Source: an uncultured Polaromonas sp. | Lineage (GTDB): Bacteria > Pseudomonadota > Gammaproteobacteria > Burkholderiales > Burkholderiaceae_C | Length of the DNA stretch: 64,000 bases | Direction of reading: 5' to 3' | Assembly (NCBI GenBank): GCA_964543355.1 | Contig: CAZIYA010000003.1 | Location: 9,283 to 73,282 of the forward strand | Shown here: piece by piece, positions 9,254 to 19,932 of the stretch | How positions within the stretch are numbered: position 1 is the stretch's first letter | Layout: each line of letters starts with the position of its first letter | Translations under genes and position numbers: made by a program | Notes under the pieces: generated by a model | What the model was told of the DNA's origin: nothing | Database searches by the model: none | Seen by the model: the letters and a program-made list of their open reading frames with translations, nothing else

Positions 9254-9496
9254 CTACTTTAAGTACGACCGAAGGACGGCCCCAACCTGATTCAGTTCTC
9301 GATCACGCTCGCCGGCTGATAGGCCCTCCACGCCGATATGTTGCCTAAGGTGCCCCTCTAGCACTTCCACCATCAGTCCATTGATCGCGCCGCGAATGGC
9401 CGCAATCTGCTGCAACACTGCAGAGCATTCGGTTTCATCGGTCAGTGATTTCTCGAGCGCAGTGGCTTGCCCTTGGATGCGCCGCACCCGTGCCAA
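9254..9496 (-). CDS. CsoR/RcnR/FrmR-family metal/formaldehyde-sensing repressor, possibly 5'-damaged
   Basis: RVRRIQGQ...ECSAVLQQIAAIRGAINGLM...EGHL; the KKRLL segment upstream has no in-frame ATG and an in-frame stop near 9540. Confidence 0.7.
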   Translation of the reverse strand: MARVRRIQGQATALEKSLTDETECSAVLQQIAAIRGAINGLMVEVLEGHLRQHIGVEGLSAGERDRELNQVGAVLRSYLK

Positions 9497-9981
9497 TAGC
9501 CGTTTTTTACCTGTGACACCTCGCGCATCATTGCCGAACTACCGGTTCACCCGCGCGACGAGCAGTTCCACCAGATAGCGTCGTTCTCCCGGGCCTAAAG
9601 CGGACTTGCCGGACGCCGCCGTATGGAAAGCATTTCAGGCGGTTGCGGACGGTGGCTTGATTTCGCGGTTGGCTTGGTCCCAACCAGGTGCCGCCTCTGA
9701 CTTGAACGCGGCAAGCCTCACCGCCTAGCGAAGCTCGAGTCCTCCCTCTACTGGGAACTACCACGTTGGGTAGGCATGCCAAGCGTGTAGTGAGAACGCG
9801 GACCACCCAGGTGATGAGAGCCAACCCCATAGTCTGCGCGGACGGCATATGTCCTGATACCGCTCGGGGCGAAAAGGTGATAAACATGGGACGAACCACT
9901 AAGAAAGTTCGGTCCAAAGGCAAGCAATAATCGATCGCCACTTCTTTTTCTACCAACATATATTCCTCAGGAACGGGACCC

Positions 9982-12900
9982 ATGACGAAGTTTAGCGGTC
10001 CTCCGCCGACGAGTGCTATCTCCCACGCAAACACAAGTAAAACTGATCTGGAGTCGCTCAAGCAAGAAGTTGAGACCCAGAAAGCAGTAATACTTGCCTT
10101 GCAAGACAACGAGCAGCGTTTACGCAGCCTGGCTACCATTTCCGCCGATTGGTATTGGGAGCAGGACACCGAATATCGCTTCACCGGCTTTTTTACCGAA
10201 CAAAATTCCGGGATGATCAATGCTGCACTGCTTAATGGTGCAGTCGGTGTGCGCCCTTGGGAATTGCCGGGAGTCGTACCCATGACATCGCCCTGGGAGG
10301 CCCACCGCCAAACGCTCGATGCTCGGCAGCCCTTCCGAGATTTCGAGTACAAGCACCTGCCAGACGGCGAGCCGGCCAGCTACTTTTCAGCAAGTGGAGT
10401 TCCTTTATTTGATGACAAAAAACTGTTCATCGGATACAGGGGAACCACACGAAATATCACCGCGCGCATCCGTTCAGAAGAAACGCAAAGGCAGACGGTC
10501 CGGTTGCTTGACGACATCGTGGACAACATCCCGATCGCTATTCATCTGAAGTCTGTCAAGGACTACAAAATTGTTCAGTGGAACAAAGCCGCTGAAGCTT
10601 TGTACGGCGTGACACGGGAGGAAGCAGTGGGCCATACGGTTCACGATCTGTGGCCGAGAGAATATGCGGACGGGATGCATGAGGCCGATCTTCAATTGGT
10701 CAAGCAGGGGTTCATGCAAGATTTTCCTGATCGGATCGCAGTTACCAGGCATCGCGGCAGTATTCACGTGCATATGCGGAAAGTACTCATTCAGGATGCC
10801 GCTGGGCACATCACCCACATCCTGGTTACGGCTGAAGATATTACGTTGCGTTTGGAAGCTGATGCCCGACTGCGACAGAGCGATGCAAAGTTCAGAAGCT
10901 TGACTCAGCTGTCATCTGATTGGTATTGGGAGATGGATCATGAGTTTCGGTTCACCTTGCTGTCGGAGGATACGCCCGAGAGAACCAGAGCCACAGCAGT
11001 AAGATTATTGGGGAAGACCAGGTGGGAAACTACTGGCATGGATGGCAATGAGGCGTTCTGGATGGAACACCGAAAATGCCTGGAGCGCCACGAGACTTTC
11101 CGGAACTTCGAGTACACACATCAAGATATCAATGGTTTAAAGACCGTATCCATCAGCGGTGAACCCATGTTCGATGCGGACGGGAGCTTCAAGGGTTACC
11201 GCGGCGTAGGGAGTGACATTACTCAACGCAAACAAACTGAAATTGCTCTGCGAGCAAGTGAGGCACGATTTCGCGTAGTCGTGGCAGCGATGGCCGAAGG
11301 GGTCCTGCTGCGTGACGGTCAGGGATATGTAGTCGATGGGAACGCCAGTGCCGAACGAATCCTTGGAAGGACATTGCAGCAGATGAAGGGTGAGTCCTCG
11401 ATTGACTCGTCCTGGCAGATGTTGCGGGAGGACGGTGCATTTATGCCGGATCAAGAGCGGCCTATTACTCTCGCCGTTCGGACAGGCTTGCCGCAGACCA
11501 ACGTGGTTATTGGATATCGAAGGCCTGATGGCAACGTGCTTTGGGCGCTGCTCAATGTGCAGCCTCTTTATGACGAAAACTCTGAAAAGCCGTCAGGTTA
11601 CGTCACCACTTTTACTGATATTACCGAACGAAAGCGGGCGGAAACTGAAATTGTCAGACTCAATGTAGAACTCGAAAACAGAGTGCTCCGCAGAACCGCT
11701 CAACTCGAAGCGGCCAATAAGGAGTTGGAAACGTTTTCCTACTCGGTGGCACACGACCTGCGTTCCCCATTGAGTAGCATCGATGGATACAGTGCCCTTC
11801 TGCAGAAGGCCTTGGCGGGTACGTTGGACCCCCGCTCCAATCACTACCTCGTTCGCATACGCGACAGTGTGCAGCGTATGGGGAACCTTACTGACGGATT
11901 GCTCTCTTTGGCCAAGCTGTCGCGCACCAGCCTCAACTGGGAAACAGTTGATCTAAGTGCTGAAGCTGAAGAAATTGTCACTCAGCTTCGAGAAAATGAA
12001 CCAACACGCAGTGTTCAAATTTCCGTTGAACCAGCAATGCTTGCGCGAGCCGATAAATCGCTGGTGCGTCAGGTCCTGGAAAATTTGATTGCCAACAGCT
12101 GGAAGTTCAGCGCCAAGAAGTCTTCGGCGGAGATCTCTGTTGGCAAAGTTCTCGGTGATGACAATGAACCTTCATATTTCGTGCGGGACAACGGCGCAGG
12201 GTTCGATATGGCTTATGAGGACAAGCTCTTCGGTACCTTTCAGCGGCTTCATTCCCCTGACGAATTTTCTGGTACAGGCATTGGACTGGCAACTGTCAAG
12301 CGCATCGTGACGCGCCACGGAGGACGGATTTGGGCCAAGTCGGTAGTTGGCGAAGGAAGCACCTTTTACTTCACGCTCGGAAGCGACCTAACCAACGTGC
12401 TCCTCAAGCAAAGCAGCAAATCGGACGAAATCACTGGACGGATTACCTTGGCGCAACCCCCAAGGGCCTTGGAGTCGCTCAACCAGCCCGGTCCGTCGAA
12501 GAATGTTTTGCTGGATGATACCGAGAACATTTTGGCAGATACCGATAGGCAGTTCAGCAATGCTTTTGAGCATGCTGCCATTGGGATGGCGTTGATTGCA
12601 CCTGACTCGAAACGTCTTAGAGTTAACAGTGCTTTTTGCAAGATGTTGGGCTATTCGGAAGCTGAGATGTTGTCCCGCACCATCTACGACATCACTCATC
12701 CTGAGGACATTGAATGGGATCTAGTGCAAAGGGGCCGAGCGCTTTCCGGTGAAATTGAAACATATCAATGGGAAAAGCGGTATGTTCACCGTTCTGGGGA
12801 GGTAGTTTGGGGACATCTGACTTGCTCATTGGTTCGAGACTCAGACCGCAAGCCACTTCATTTCATTGTTCAAGTTCAGGATATCACTGAGAGGAAGCAG

Positions 12901-13899
12901 GCCGAAGCTGTGTTGCGAGAAAGCGAGGAGCGATTTCGCGCACTCACAGCCTTGGCGTCAGACTGGTTCTGGGAACAAGATGAAAACTTCCGATTTGTTG
13001 AGGTGTCAGGTAACGAAGGTGATGAACAAATGTCTGCAGTTGCCAGAGGACAGGCAATGGGCAAGACACCGTGGGAGCTCGACCACCTATGTATGCCCGA
13101 AAGCGTGTGGGCTAGGCATAAGGCACGACTTGAGCGTCATGAGGTTTTTCGTGATTTTGAGGTGACGCAGTTGGACCGGGATGGCCAAATTCGCTACTTA
13201 TCGATAAGCGGAGTTCCAATTTATGACGTGTCAGGGCGGTTTAAGGGATACCGTGGCACTGGTCGTGACACGACCGAGATGCGCCGCGTCAATGAGGCAC
13301 TACGCCTCAGCGAAGCGCAGCTAAGAGACATTACTGATACCTTGCCCGCAGTTATTTCCTACGTAGATGCTGACCAAAGATTTCGTTTTCACAATCGTTC
13401 TTATGCTGAAGGCCTTGGCCTGTCCCGCGATCAGATTAACGGTAAAACGATGCGGGAAGTCCTGGGGCAGGAAGGATATGAGCAGGCTCTGCCTTGGGTA
13501 AAAGAAGTGCTTTCAGGTTATCCGGTGAGCTTTGAGCGCAGCCGCAAAAATCCACAGGGGGACTTCCGCGATTTCATCGTCAATTATTTTCCGTGCTACG
13601 GTAATGATGACGACGAAGGAAAAGTCATAGGGTTCTACGCTCTGGGAACCGACGTAACAGAGTTGAAGCGCGTTGATCGCATGAAAACCGAATTTATTTC
13701 GATGGTGAGTCACGAGCTTCACCAGCCACTCGGGTCGATTCTCGAATCCCTGAATTCGATTTCGGGGGGCATAGTTGACCGGCGCCCAGAAGATGTTAGC
13801 GCTGCGGTTGAGATTGCAAAGAAAAACTGCGTGCGACTACTTCATTTGGTCAAAGTTATTCTTGATACAAGAAAGATAGAGCTCGGAAAGCGTGATTAG
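9982..13899 (+). CDS. Multi-PAS sensor histidine kinase: 4 PAS, HisKA, HATPase, 3 PAS, second HisKA without ATPase
   Basis: Repeated DWYWE/DITERK PAS-PAC units; SVAHDLRSPL, NLIANSWKF, DNGAGF, GTGIGL; C-terminal VSHELHQPL. Confidence 0.88.
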   Translation: MTKFSGPPPTSAISHANTSKTDLESLKQEVETQKAVILALQDNEQRLRSLATISADWYWEQDTEYRFTGFFTEQNSGMINAALLNGAVGVRPWELPGVVPMTSPWEAHRQTLDARQPFRDFEYKHLPDGEPASYFSASGVPLFDDKKLFIGYRGTTRNITARIRSEETQRQTVRLLDDIVDNIPIAIHLKSVKDYKIVQWNKAAEALYGVTREEAVGHTVHDLWPREYADGMHEADLQLVKQGFMQDFPDRIAVTRHRGSIHVHMRKVLIQDAAGHITHILVTAEDITLRLEADARLRQSDAKFRSLTQLSSDWYWEMDHEFRFTLLSEDTPERTRATAVRLLGKTRWETTGMDGNEAFWMEHRKCLERHETFRNFEYTHQDINGLKTVSISGEPMFDADGSFKGYRGVGSDITQRKQTEIALRASEARFRVVVAAMAEGVLLRDGQGYVVDGNASAERILGRTLQQMKGESSIDSSWQMLREDGAFMPDQERPITLAVRTGLPQTNVVIGYRRPDGNVLWALLNVQPLYDENSEKPSGYVTTFTDITERKRAETEIVRLNVELENRVLRRTAQLEAANKELETFSYSVAHDLRSPLSSIDGYSALLQKALAGTLDPRSNHYLVRIRDSVQRMGNLTDGLLSLAKLSRTSLNWETVDLSAEAEEIVTQLRENEPTRSVQISVEPAMLARADKSLVRQVLENLIANSWKFSAKKSSAEISVGKVLGDDNEPSYFVRDNGAGFDMAYEDKLFGTFQRLHSPDEFSGTGIGLATVKRIVTRHGGRIWAKSVVGEGSTFYFTLGSDLTNVLLKQSSKSDEITGRITLAQPPRALESLNQPGPSKNVLLDDTENILADTDRQFSNAFEHAAIGMALIAPDSKRLRVNSAFCKMLGYSEAEMLSRTIYDITHPEDIEWDLVQRGRALSGEIETYQWEKRYVHRSGEVVWGHLTCSLVRDSDRKPLHFIVQVQDITERKQAEAVLRESEERFRALTALASDWFWEQDENFRFVEVSGNEGDEQMSAVARGQAMGKTPWELDHLCMPESVWARHKARLERHEVFRDFEVTQLDRDGQIRYLSISGVPIYDVSGRFKGYRGTGRDTTEMRRVNEALRLSEAQLRDITDTLPAVISYVDADQRFRFHNRSYAEGLGLSRDQINGKTMREVLGQEGYEQALPWVKEVLSGYPVSFERSRKNPQGDFRDFIVNYFPCYGNDDDEGKVIGFYALGTDVTELKRVDRMKTEFISMVSHELHQPLGSILESLNSISGGIVDRRPEDVSAAVEIAKKNCVRLLHLVKVILDTRKIELGKRD

Positions 13900-14445
13900 T
13901 CACGAGCCTTTTTGCCTCGGGAGTTTCGCGATTCTATCGCCTCGCTTTACCAGCCATGTGGCCAGCTTCTCCGCGTAGGTATCGAGATCCCTGGAGTTGG
14001 CTCGCCTTGGATACTTGGGCTGGCCCTCTCGTGGTCGCAGGTGGTTGTTACTGCGATGCGAACCAAGCCTGTGGGCTTTGAAATCTTGCGGATGGACATC
14101 TGATCTCGCAGTGCCGGTCACCTGATGCAGTTAGTCGCCACATCTATCAATTCCCCTCTGCTCTTAAAAACAAGAAGGGTCGTGCCTACCAGGGCAGCGC
14201 TTCAATAGTTTTCCACCAGGTTGGCGTGTCCATCGCCGTCATCATGGTGTTCATACTCGCCGCGTAATTGACCGAGTCGTCGCTTTTGCCCGTGAAGTCG
14301 GTACCGGCGAACCGGGAGGCGCGCCCATGGTGGTGGCGCTGGAAACGAAAGCGTGTAGGACCGCGCCTGCCTCGCAGTCGACTCGGTCTTACACCGTGCC
14401 GGATTCATCCCGGGCACACTGGCGACCTCAACTTTACCGTGCGCC

Positions 14446-15618
14446 ATGCCCACAACCCAGACCCACATTGCCCTGACAGAAACCGCACATAGCGCCAGGG
14501 CGGGTGCGGAACTTGGACAAGCTATTCGCGCCGCATTTAACGGCGCGCCTGCCGATGCAGTGATCGTATTTGCTTCGGCCCAGCACGACTACGACGCGCT
14601 TCTTCAGGCGCTAGCGAACGAAGCCGGAACACAAGTGATCGCGGGTTCTTCGTCGGCCGGTGAATTCACCCATAGCGGCCGCGGCGAGGGCCAGGTGTCC
14701 GCGTTGGGCGTCCGCAATTCGGACATGAAATTCGCCATCGGCCTGGGCCAGGGCGTGAGCGAAAACGCGCAAACAGCGGCTCACCAGTTGTTGGAGGGAT
14801 TTCGCGGTATTGGTTCCTCTGGGCCTAACCATCACAGTGCTCTGGTGATGACGGATGCGCTGGCGGGCCACACGGATGCACTCGTCGAAGAACTTACGCT
14901 CCGAACCCAGGGCGATTACCGATTTTTTGGCGGCGGAGCGGGTGACGATGGCCAGTTTCACGCCACCCACGTATTCGCCGGAACCCGGTCGTACAACAAT
15001 GCTGTTTCGGCGCTAGAGATATTGTCTACAAAGCCCATTGGAATCGGTGTGGCGCATGGATGGGAGCCCGCCAGCGATGGCATGCGGGTCACGGAGGCGC
15101 AGGGGACGCGCTTGATCGGCCTGAACGGGGGCCCCGCACTCGAAGCGATCCGGGAGTACGCTCGCAGCACGGGCCAGGAGTTGGACACCTCCGACCCACT
15201 GCCCTTTTTCCTCCATAATGTCCTGGGGATCCGTTCAGCCGAAGGCTATCGGTTGCGCGTGCCACTGTCTATTGGCGAGAACGGTTCGATTCATTGCGCA
15301 GCCGCTGTACCTGAGGGCTCCGTTGTCCACATCATGAAAACAGACGCCCAGTCGGCCGTGCGAGCTGCACAGCAGGCCACAGAATCTGCCCTGCGTGCGC
15401 TCGCGGGAAATAAACCAGCGGCGGCTCTCGTTTTTGACTGTGTGGCGACGCGCTTGCGCCTCGGACGGGGATTTGAGAACGAATTGCAGGCGTGTGCAAA
15501 GCTGCTGGAGCCTGCGGGTTTCGTAGGGTGCAATACCTATGGGCAGATCGCGCGGGCCGAAGGGCAATTCGGCGGCTTTCACAACTGCACTGCGGTTGTC
15601 TGCGTGCTGCCTGAGTGA
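14446..15618 (+). CDS. FIST N/C-domain signal transduction protein (NosP-like)
   Basis: GSSSAGEF, FFGGGAGDD, HGWEP, FDCVAT, GCNTYGQI, FHNCT motifs. Confidence 0.85.
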   Translation: MPTTQTHIALTETAHSARAGAELGQAIRAAFNGAPADAVIVFASAQHDYDALLQALANEAGTQVIAGSSSAGEFTHSGRGEGQVSALGVRNSDMKFAIGLGQGVSENAQTAAHQLLEGFRGIGSSGPNHHSALVMTDALAGHTDALVEELTLRTQGDYRFFGGGAGDDGQFHATHVFAGTRSYNNAVSALEILSTKPIGIGVAHGWEPASDGMRVTEAQGTRLIGLNGGPALEAIREYARSTGQELDTSDPLPFFLHNVLGIRSAEGYRLRVPLSIGENGSIHCAAAVPEGSVVHIMKTDAQSAVRAAQQATESALRALAGNKPAAALVFDCVATRLRLGRGFENELQACAKLLEPAGFVGCNTYGQIARAEGQFGGFHNCTAVVCVLPE

Positions 15619-17228
15619 CGCCCATGCCGCATTCGCCGCGGCCATGGATAGACGCGTTAGCCAGTGAGGCGGGACGTGAGCAAGCTGCGCAGGCGCTCGC
15701 AAACGTGATTGGTGCGAAACACTTGCTTCTTCTTGTGAAGGACCCGGAGCTCGGTGTCCTGCTGCCCGCGCCGGGAATGCGCAAAACGCAGGTGGCAGGA
15801 CCCTCCTGGCGCACCTTTCTCCAGCGCTGCCTGCACAAGGTTCGGCTGGAGGGAAACGTCGAATTCGAAGGCCGTGACTGGCATGCGAATGCGTGCGTCG
15901 AAGGCGACTGCGCGTTCGTACTTTTATGCGACACCCCCTGCCCATTTCCGCATGACCTGCTCGGGAGTTTGCCGCTTCTTGCGGCCGTTTTATGCGCGCA
16001 GCAAGCTCTGGGAATCGGCAACGCCAATGCGGCTGAGGCGCGAGACGCTGCGGCGCGCGCGCACCAGCTCGCAACGGCCCTCGATACGGCGCGCGCCTCA
16101 GCGGCGGAGCTGAATCGGCAACTGCGACTGGAGCATCAGCAAAAGGACGAATTCCTTGCCATGCTCGCCCACGAGCTGCGCAACCCGCTTGCCCCCATCA
16201 TCACCGCCATCGAAGTGCTCAAGCGGACTGACCCGCATGACGCGAATCGCCGCGACCGGCAACTGGCGGTGATAGGCCGGCAGATGCAGCAAGTGACACA
16301 TCTTGTGGATGACCTGCTGGACATCTCGCGAGTGAGCCGCGGCCTGATCGAGTTGCGTCGCGAGGTCCTGTCGATTCAGGAGGTGGTCGCTGCGGCGGTA
16401 GAGGCCAGCCGACCACTCATCGACAGCAGGCGGCACAACTTTCGGTTGGCTTGCGCTGTAGAGGGCCTGCATGTAAGCGGCGATCGCGTACGGCTGACCC
16501 AGGTGTTCTCGAATCTTTTGAACAATGCCGCCAAGTACACGGACCCCGGTGGGGAACTCGTTGTATACGTGGATGGCGCGGCTGGTCAGGTCGAAGTGCG
16601 TGTGTGCGACAACGGCCCCGGTATTCCGCAGGAGATGCTGAAGGCGGTCTTTGACCTGTTTACGCAAGTGCCCGGGTCACTCGACCGGGCGCCGGGTGGG
16701 CTCGGTATTGGCCTCACGCTGGTCAGGACGCTGATTGAACTGCACGGAGGCCGTGTGGAGGCGCGCAGTGAAGGTGTGGGGCGCGGCAGCGAGTTCGTCG
16801 TGGAGCTGCCCCTTGTTGAGGGTGAGCGGCCCGCAGCGGTGGGCAATGAAGCGCCAAGCGGAGCAAGTTCTGTCACCGAAATTTTGGTTGTAGACGACAA
16901 CGTGGATGCTGCCGAGACGCTGGCGGAAGTCCTGCGTCTGATGGGCGCGCGCGTGAGCGTAGCGTATGACGGGGCGCAGGCGCTGGCGCTGGGTACACGA
17001 GACCCGCACCCTGAATTGGTCTTCCTGGACATCGGCCTTCCAGGAATGGATGGCTACGAAACGGCCCGGGAATGGCGCCAGCGCTTCGGTTCGAAAGCCA
17101 GATTGTTCGCACTCACTGGCTATGGCAGCGCCAACGACCGGCGTCGCAGCGCCCAAGCGGGGTTCGACGGGCATCTGGTGAAACCGGTGACAGTGGAGCT
17201 TATAGAGACGCTGCTCTGTAAGGGGTAG
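15615..17228 (+). CDS. Hybrid sensor histidine kinase/response regulator
   Basis: LAHELRNPL, NLLNNAAKY, DNGPGI, GLGIGL; receiver VVDDN...LDIGLP...KP; GTGA overlap with the FIST gene. Confidence 0.92.
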   Translation: MTPMPHSPRPWIDALASEAGREQAAQALANVIGAKHLLLLVKDPELGVLLPAPGMRKTQVAGPSWRTFLQRCLHKVRLEGNVEFEGRDWHANACVEGDCAFVLLCDTPCPFPHDLLGSLPLLAAVLCAQQALGIGNANAAEARDAAARAHQLATALDTARASAAELNRQLRLEHQQKDEFLAMLAHELRNPLAPIITAIEVLKRTDPHDANRRDRQLAVIGRQMQQVTHLVDDLLDISRVSRGLIELRREVLSIQEVVAAAVEASRPLIDSRRHNFRLACAVEGLHVSGDRVRLTQVFSNLLNNAAKYTDPGGELVVYVDGAAGQVEVRVCDNGPGIPQEMLKAVFDLFTQVPGSLDRAPGGLGIGLTLVRTLIELHGGRVEARSEGVGRGSEFVVELPLVEGERPAAVGNEAPSGASSVTEILVVDDNVDAAETLAEVLRLMGARVSVAYDGAQALALGTRDPHPELVFLDIGLPGMDGYETAREWRQRFGSKARLFALTGYGSANDRRRSAQAGFDGHLVKPVTVELIETLLCKG

Positions 17229-17476
17229 TTGTCCTCCAGACAAATCCGAGATTTTCATTTCAAATCGCGGGTTGTCCCAAGAGCGCGCACAGCCACCGTC
17301 ACTGAACTCGCTTGCGGCGAGCCATACTTCTGGTCCGCACCACGCGCCTCAGCGGGGAACGTAGCGAGGTTTTGGCAAAAGCCGACGTGCTGCCTTTGGA
17401 TAAGCGTTTTGAGGATGGTCACTCTATGTTTCTCCCTTGATTTCAGGCCAACAAAAATCCAGTGAGACAGGGGCAG

Positions 17477-18871
17477 TCAGCTGCGGCGTTCAGTCAGCAA
17501 GGTCTCAGCATTCACGCGCTTGCGCCAGAATAGCCATGCGGTCAACATACCGTGCAACGCGAAACCGCAGGCAATCGCCAGGGACAAGCCGAAGACTCCC
17601 AAATCGAGCCAAGCCACGGCCAGCAGGCCACCCCCCACGCTCACCACCAGCCTAAGCCCATTCGCGCTGACCGCGGGCAAAACGGCACCCATCCCCTGCA
17701 TTGCAAAGTAAAGCGCCATCGCGAGCCCGTAGGCCGCATACAGCGGCGCGACGGTGGTCAGGTAAACGGAACCGAAGCCAATAACTTTCTCGTCCACGGT
17801 GAACAGGCCTAACCACAGGCCGGGGAAGAGCGCCGCAAGAAAGCCGATAGACCCACATGCGAGCGCGACCGTCGCAGCGCCCGTCCACGCAATTGCCTGA
17901 GCCCGTCCATACTGCTTTGCGCCCCAGTTCGTGCCCACCATCGCCACCACCGCCGTGCCAAACCCGAAGGCCAGCGGGATCATGATGTATTCTAGGCGCG
18001 CGCCCAGTGCATAGCCCACCGCCGCCTCCTTGCCCAGCCGGCCGGCGATGCCGGTGAGGCAGACCACCGTCAAGTTGTTGATGGCGACGTTCACCAGGCC
18101 AGGGATGCCAACGCTGAAGAACTCTCGGAACAATTCCCAGCGGTAGCGAACGCCCCGAAACGCGAGCCGTACGAGAGAATCCGTCTTTCGCAACTGGACG
18201 AACAGCACGATGCTGCCGGCGCCAAAAGACACGACTAGGCCCAGCCCGGCACCGGCCGGCCCCAGCGCGGGAACCGGGCCTATGCCGAAGATCAGCACCG
18301 GTGATAGCACCAGATGCAGTGCCACCGCGGTAATCAGCACGCCTGCCGGAAAGCCCATGTTGCCGGTGCCCCGCACCACGTTGGCCAGCATGTTCAGCAT
18401 GAAAACCGAAACGATGCCAGCGAACACGGCGTTCGAATACGACAAGGCGGCTTGCATGACCTCACCGGCGCCTCCCATCCACCGGTAGAAGAGTGGGCCG
18501 GCCAAGAGCATGAGCGCCGAGAAGACCAGTGCCATCGCCACAGCCAGCACGAACGCGTGTGCCGCCAGTTCATTGGCTCGCACCTTGTCATTGGCGCCCA
18601 GCGCACGTGCCACTGCGGAAGAGACAGCGCCGCCCATGCCGCTGGCCGCTACATGCTGGACGAACATGACGAACGGGAAAACTAGCGATACGCCGGCCAG
18701 CACGCTGGGTCCCAACCGTCCGAGGAACAAGCCATCGAAGGTGATGAGCCCGCCGATGGCAAGCAGATTCATGACGTTCGGCGCAGATAAGCGTAGCAGC
18801 GTGGGCAGAATAGGCCCTTCGAGCAGCAGCCGGGTGCGCGCGGCAACGGGAGCTTTGGCGCCTTCAGTCAT
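17477..18871 (-). CDS. MATE-family efflux transporter
   Basis: LLEGPILPTLLRLSAP start, about 12 hydrophobic segments, VRGTGN motif. Confidence 0.88.
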   Translation of the reverse strand: MTEGAKAPVAARTRLLLEGPILPTLLRLSAPNVMNLLAIGGLITFDGLFLGRLGPSVLAGVSLVFPFVMFVQHVAASGMGGAVSSAVARALGANDKVRANELAAHAFVLAVAMALVFSALMLLAGPLFYRWMGGAGEVMQAALSYSNAVFAGIVSVFMLNMLANVVRGTGNMGFPAGVLITAVALHLVLSPVLIFGIGPVPALGPAGAGLGLVVSFGAGSIVLFVQLRKTDSLVRLAFRGVRYRWELFREFFSVGIPGLVNVAINNLTVVCLTGIAGRLGKEAAVGYALGARLEYIMIPLAFGFGTAVVAMVGTNWGAKQYGRAQAIAWTGAATVALACGSIGFLAALFPGLWLGLFTVDEKVIGFGSVYLTTVAPLYAAYGLAMALYFAMQGMGAVLPAVSANGLRLVVSVGGGLLAVAWLDLGVFGLSLAIACGFALHGMLTAWLFWRKRVNAETLLTERRS

Positions 18872-18883
18872 CGGGGCGTTGGC

Positions 18884-19915
18884 TCAAGGCCGCATCAGGC
18901 GACGTTGAACAGCCGCGACCAGCGGATCGATGGCGGACGGCGGAAATGGCGACACGCTGCTGACGTTGATCTCGCAAAGCACGTAGCGCTCCTCCCCGCC
19001 TTCCGCGCGGTCGCCGAACATGAAGTCGCAGTCCCACAGCAAGGGCAGTTGCGCGGGAGAAAGGTGGACGCATTTACGAAGCAAGTCGATCCATCCCGTC
19101 TCCAAGCGGTGCTTCAACTCCGAAAATTGCGGCACGTCGGCCGCGTGGTACAGCCGTGGGCCGGGGCCGGGCGCGGGGCCGCCCGGCATGCCGGGGTACA
19201 GCGCGTTCACCGCCTGGTGGCCGAAGCCCGCCACCCGGTCCTCGACCAAGTAAGCGCGAACCATCCCTTCCACCAGCCGGGGTTGCCACGTCTGGTCGAT
19301 CATGTGCCCGCCATGGGCCTGCTCGAAATACGGAGCCAGCCGTTCCAGCAGCGCGGGCAGCTCAAGCAACTCTTCCTCACTGCCGCGCTGAGCATGGCGC
19401 GCCCGCATGAGGCCGGATGCAGGATCGGCCAGCTCCACGCGCCAAACGCCGATGCCGCTGTGGCCGCGAAACTGCTTCAACACCCTTGGGCCCTGCTGGA
19501 GCCTGTGGGGCAGCTCCTCTTCGAGCTGGCGAACGCTGTCGATGCGACAGACGTCGCTGCCGAAGGGGAGGTCGCGCGCCTCGAACAGGACGTCTTTGGT
19601 CCCCAGCTTCAGGATCGTGTCTGGGTGCGTGCTGACGACGACGCCAGATGGAGCGACCCGCCGCAGCAACGCATCCAGCTGGTCGCGCCGTCGCCCGCCC
19701 TCGATCGGATTGCACCAGACGAGCACGACTGCGCAGGCGCGCAACTGGTCCTCGACTTCGTCGGCAAATGCGTCGTTATACACAGCCGGCACCGCCTTCA
19801 CGCCGGCCCGCGCGAAGGCCTCGAACAAGGCGGCAAAGCGGCTCTCGGCCGGTTCCGCGCGGTCCCGCATGGCACGATCGCCCGGATAGAGCAGTGCAAC
19901 AGAAGGATCACCCAT
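18884..19915 (-). CDS. Cj0069-family ATP-grasp-like protein
   Basis: VLVWCNP, STHPDTILKLGTKDVL, RVLKQ.RG.SG.GVW, LWDCDF, CEINVS. Confidence 0.75.
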   Translation of the reverse strand: MGDPSVALLYPGDRAMRDRAEPAESRFAALFEAFARAGVKAVPAVYNDAFADEVEDQLRACAVVLVWCNPIEGGRRRDQLDALLRRVAPSGVVVSTHPDTILKLGTKDVLFEARDLPFGSDVCRIDSVRQLEEELPHRLQQGPRVLKQFRGHSGIGVWRVELADPASGLMRARHAQRGSEEELLELPALLERLAPYFEQAHGGHMIDQTWQPRLVEGMVRAYLVEDRVAGFGHQAVNALYPGMPGGPAPGPGPRLYHAADVPQFSELKHRLETGWIDLLRKCVHLSPAQLPLLWDCDFMFGDRAEGGEERYVLCEINVSSVSPFPPSAIDPLVAAVQRRLMRP

Positions 19916-19932
19916 GTCGGCTCCTCGATGGC

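Noticed and set aside
9528-9981. Gene in the region upstream of the large kinase
   Set aside because: The 274-aa minus ORF overlaps the kinase and has no recognisable motif
13900-14445. Frameshifted continuation (HATPase) of the large kinase
   Set aside because: No N, G1 or G2 box motifs seen in the downstream ORFs
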